From: Bacillota bacterium
GTDB taxonomy: Bacteria; Bacillota_I; Bacilli_A; RF39; UBA660
Direction: 5' to 3'
NCBI GenBank assembly: GCA_003524085.1
Contig: DOEC01000006.1
Coordinates: 1,146-65,145, forward strand
DNA: 64,000 bases
Shown: positions 60,958-64,000 of the stretch, in pieces
How positions within the stretch are numbered: position 1 is the stretch's first letter
Layout: the number at the start of each line of letters is the position of its first letter
Notes under the pieces: generated by a model
What the model saw: the letters and a program-made list of their open reading frames with translations, nothing else
What the model was told of the DNA's origin: nothing
Database searches by the model: none
Position numbers and translations under genes: made by a program

Positions 60958-61959
60958 TTACCTTATTTTTTCATGTCTATTTAATTCATCTATTGTGTCA
61001 GCAACCTCTTTTTTTAAATCAAACAACGTTACTTCTATTGCTTTTAAAAACTCAATTAGATCGTATTCACTATACTTATAAGACTTTTTAATTACATTAA
61101 TATACGACTTATCACTTATAAATCTTTTTGCAATATTTCTACCTACTAGACATCCAATTAAGTATCTCATTTTAATTGTAATGTTAGTTCTTCTATCATA
61201 TGCATCTTCTGTTTCATTTTCTCTCTTTTCTAGAAAATACTTTACATCATTTATTATATAATCATATTCTTCAAAAGATAACCCAGGAAACAATCTAGAC
61301 ATTCTTTCTTTTGAAATATCTTTAAAAGCCATATATGTTTCTAAAACGTATAATGTGTTATAGATTTCTTTAGTGCAGCTATATGCATTAGCAACTCTTA
61401 TTTTTGTAAATAAACGTGTATCTTTTTGATAGCCCATTTTATCAAGATTTTCAAGCATTAAACTTTCTACAAAAATTGCATATATTTCTGACTTAAATGT
61501 GTCGTTATAAGATTCTGGACAACCATAAATGTAATGTGCTAGCTCATGTGAAAGCATTACTGCATCTGTAACTTTGCCATTGTTTGTTATAGTTACTTTG
61601 GGAGTTTCATTCCAAACCACACTAGTAGAACCAATAATTTTATCATAGTCACTTCTACTATTTGATGGGTCATTAAATACAATTACACCATTATTAATTA
61701 GCTTATCTATATCAATATTTTCAAGCTGCACACAATATTTAGAAAACAATTCTTTAGTTAACTTAATTGAACTACTAATATCCATGTCACTTATTTGTCT
61801 CATATTAATATCTTTATATTTAAAATCTATTAAATATGGTCCTAATTTAATATACTTTTTGGCTATTTGTATAAATGCGCCTAAATCATTTAATAATTCT
61901 TCGTCGTCTATTTTATCAACTAGTTCTTTTACTTTTTCTTTTAGCTCATCATCACTCAT
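60958..61959 (-). CDS. HExxH-motif protein (putative zinc metallopeptidase), paralog B
   Basis: VTDAVMLSHELAHYIYGCPE. Confidence 0.5.
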   Translation of the reverse strand: MSDDELKEKVKELVDKIDDEELLNDLGAFIQIAKKYIKLGPYLIDFKYKDINMRQISDMDISSSIKLTKELFSKYCVQLENIDIDKLINNGVIVFNDPSNSRSDYDKIIGSTSVVWNETPKVTITNNGKVTDAVMLSHELAHYIYGCPESYNDTFKSEIYAIFVESLMLENLDKMGYQKDTRLFTKIRVANAYSCTKEIYNTLYVLETYMAFKDISKERMSRLFPGLSFEEYDYIINDVKYFLEKRENETEDAYDRRTNITIKMRYLIGCLVGRNIAKRFISDKSYINVIKKSYKYSEYDLIEFLKAIEVTLFDLKKEVADTIDELNRHEKIR

Positions 61960-61963
61960 TTAT

Positions 61964-63034
61964 TCACTCCCCTATTTCTTTATTTTTCTCTATATTAACA
62001 CTACTAATCTCGTCAAATCTTTTGCTTATTTTATCAGTAGTAATATGGATATCTCTAACATCTTTGTTAACTGTCTCCATGTGTTGACTAAGTTTATCCC
62101 ACCTTTCTTTATAACGCATAAATTCTTCTCCTAGTTTATTTAATTCAGTGTGAATAATACTTGTATATTTATCTCTTTCCATACCCATTAAAATTGCTTG
62201 AACAAGTGTAAGTAAACTCATTAATGTAGTAGGACTTGCAATATAAACGTGCCTTGAATAGGCGTAGTTGATAAGGTTTGGATGGTATGCATTTATTTCA
62301 GCAAATATAGCTTCAGCTGGTAAAAACATTATTGCTTCATCTGATGTTTCTCCACTTATTATGTACTTACTTCCAATTGCATCAATATGTTTTTTCACAT
62401 CACTTTCAAACATCTTTTCTCTTCTTATTCTTTCTTCATCTGTTATTCCTTTTTCTAGCATATATCTATAGTTCTCCAATGGAAACTTTGAGTCAATACA
62501 AATTCTACCTAATGGAGATGGTGCAAAAACTATCGCGTCAGCAATAACGCCCGTACTTAAAGAATATTGTAAACTATAAACTTTATCATTCTTATCTCCG
62601 AAAACACTAGATAATATTTGATGCAAATTAACTTCTCCAAAAATACCACGACTTTTCTTATCCGTTAACACTGACTGTAAACTCACTATATCATTAGATA
62701 GCCCATCTATTTTCTTTTGTGCCTCGTCTATTTTAGCAAGACGCTCTAAAACTGACGCAAAAGTCTTGTTAGTCTTTTCAAAATTCACATCAAGTCTTTC
62801 ATTAACTTTATCATTAATCATATTAAGTTTGTGCTCTATTCTATCATTTAGTTTATCAAAGTCACTAGTTAAATCTCTAGAAAAATTTAACTTAAAATCT
62901 CCAATTTCCCTTATAATATCTCCTTCTACCTTACTTAAAGAAATATCATTTTCCTTATTCTTTTTAATATTTAATAACACTATAATTAACAATATTACTA
63001 CTAATACAACTAAACCTAATATTACATACTCCAT
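61964..63034 (-). CDS. rmuC: DNA recombination protein RmuC
   Basis: N-terminal TM, coiled coil and the RmuC core (ADAIVFAPSPLGRICIDSKFPLENY). Start at MEYVIL with a GAGGAG RBS; the promoter TTGACA-17-TAAAAT lies just upstream. Confidence 0.75.
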   Translation of the reverse strand: MEYVILGLVVLVVILLIIVLLNIKKNKENDISLSKVEGDIIREIGDFKLNFSRDLTSDFDKLNDRIEHKLNMINDKVNERLDVNFEKTNKTFASVLERLAKIDEAQKKIDGLSNDIVSLQSVLTDKKSRGIFGEVNLHQILSSVFGDKNDKVYSLQYSLSTGVIADAIVFAPSPLGRICIDSKFPLENYRYMLEKGITDEERIRREKMFESDVKKHIDAIGSKYIISGETSDEAIMFLPAEAIFAEINAYHPNLINYAYSRHVYIASPTTLMSLLTLVQAILMGMERDKYTSIIHTELNKLGEEFMRYKERWDKLSQHMETVNKDVRDIHITTDKISKRFDEISSVNIEKNKEIGE

Positions 63035-63159
63035 ACTATCACTCCTCATAATTCAATTTTAACATAAGCCAATTACATTGTCAACCTTTTGTTCGCTAAT
63101 TTTGTAATAAAAAAATTCTACTACAAACATCTTTCACTTCTCATATTTAAATAACAAAT

Positions 63160-63187
63160 ATAAAACAGTAGAGTTTTAGTTCTACTG
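63160..63187 (-). terminator. hairpin CAGTAGA-GTTTTAG-TTCTACTG with a downstream U-run on the minus transcript
   Basis: Read directly. Confidence 0.4.
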
Positions 63188-63314
63188 CTTTATATTGGTA
63201 AATACCTAGATCCGTTATTTACTCTGTTTCGGGTTTCCTACTAAAGAGTAAGGACTGACATTTACTGTATTCAAGTTATTTCTAACTTAGGAAATAAACT
63301 TGTTTCTCTACATC

Positions 63315-63533
63315 TTAGTCTACTATAACATTTGTTATGACTTTTCTTTTAAATTTAAACTCATTAACGAAATAATTTTTACAATATATTTCAAGCTTAA
63401 CTCTAGAGAAGTTGGCGGGACGCACGGCGTTAGTGTTGTCCACGTTGTTGTTGTTCAAATTCGCATTGTCGGAATTCCAGTTCCACACGTTCGCGTTCCC
63501 ATTGTTCCAATTGTTAGGAGACAAGGACCACAC
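63315..63533 (-). pseudogene. degenerate C-terminal fragment of a DUF1566/Lcl-like domain (Asn-rich); GC-rich core
   Basis: WSLSPNNWNNGNANVWNWNSDNANLNNNNVDNTNAVRPA matches the YWSST...W.V.F..G......VRCVR end of DUF1566-type domains. It has no proper start, and stops lie upstream in frame. Confidence 0.4.
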
Positions 63534-63740
63534 GAGTAAGGCAAGCTGAAGCCACGCGTACTTTATAGCTTATTCCTATATCAAAAGTGTTTTCACACTT
63601 GATACCAAAATTAAATTTTCACAACTGGCACTCACGCGCCAGAAAGTATTAGTCTTTCTAGCACAGGTTAGTCAGTATTCATTTTTTTGCTTACCACCAA
63701 CTTACGTCGGTGGAGCCGTCCGGATTACAAGAGTCTCAGT

Positions 63741-64000
63741 TTAGCATCCACTTGAAGTTTCCACTATTTCATATGGTGTCTCATATGTCCCATCTCCTGT
63801 ACTATATTTGATACAAGATTTGAGAGAAATGGCGGGACGCACGGCGCTTGCGGGGCGGACGCGGCGGTAGTCCAAGTACACATTGCCGGAAGCCCAGTAC
63901 CACACGTACGCGCTAGACCCATACCATTGAATAGGCGACAAGGACCACCAATATGTTGATACTTGAGAACCAGTACTATTACTAATAAACCATGCATATG
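63741..64000 (-). CDS. C-terminal part of a DUF1566/Lcl-like domain protein (gene continues beyond window end)
   Basis: The frame is open to the window edge: ...FISNSTGSQVSTYWWSLSPIQWYGSSAYVWYWASGNVYLDYRRVRPASAVRPAISLK... Contains a 55-60% GC patch in a <30% GC genome. Confidence 0.5.
   Translation of the reverse strand, partial: YAWFISNSTGSQVSTYWWSLSPIQWYGSSAYVWYWASGNVYLDYRRVRPASAVRPAISLKSCIKYSTGDGTYETPYEIVETSSGC

Noticed and set aside
63300-63539. Plus-strand ORF 63300..63539 and minus ORF 63764..63997
   Set aside because: They are alternative frames across the GC-rich DUF1566-like segment. The frame with the recognisable domain signature (YWWS...VRPA) is the one retained.

Overview
AT-rich (about 27-29% GC) Firmicutes/Clostridia-like chromosomal window from a spore-former (spoIIGA-sigE, yunB, CotS-like gene). 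Most genes are on the minus strand. In order, the window holds: the 5' part of mraY and a class B PBP with a PASTA domain; a 23-bp tandem repeat block; a DUF4143 AAA ATPase; a full-length transketolase homolog that has lost all catalytic residues; lexA; spoIIGA-sigE immediately followed by secE-nusG; an array of three near-identical DUF1016/YhcG PD-(D/E)xK nuclease paralogs with a 5' remnant and a distant decayed copy (each copy carries a different perfect GC-rich palindrome in-frame); an arginine deiminase operon (arcA-arcB-arcC plus a YfcC-type transporter); an amino-acid ABC transporter; miaB; a dlt-like aminoacylation cluster (DltA-like ligase, PLP decarboxylase, carrier protein, MBOAT, SGNH-like) next to acpS and an LtaS-like gene; a Y-family polymerase with a YolD-like partner; an internally duplicated wHTH-metallophosphoesterase protein; tRNA-Ala; yvcK; a VanY-like peptidase; a DNA alkylation repair gene; T-box-proS; a 12-tRNA array; an S1-domain gene, sporulation/envelope genes and a ferredoxin gene; uppP; two coiled-coil paralogs; an HExxH-SPFH-HExxH-rmuC cluster; and GC-rich DUF1566-like gene fragments at the window end. 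No rRNA and no CRISPR array were seen.
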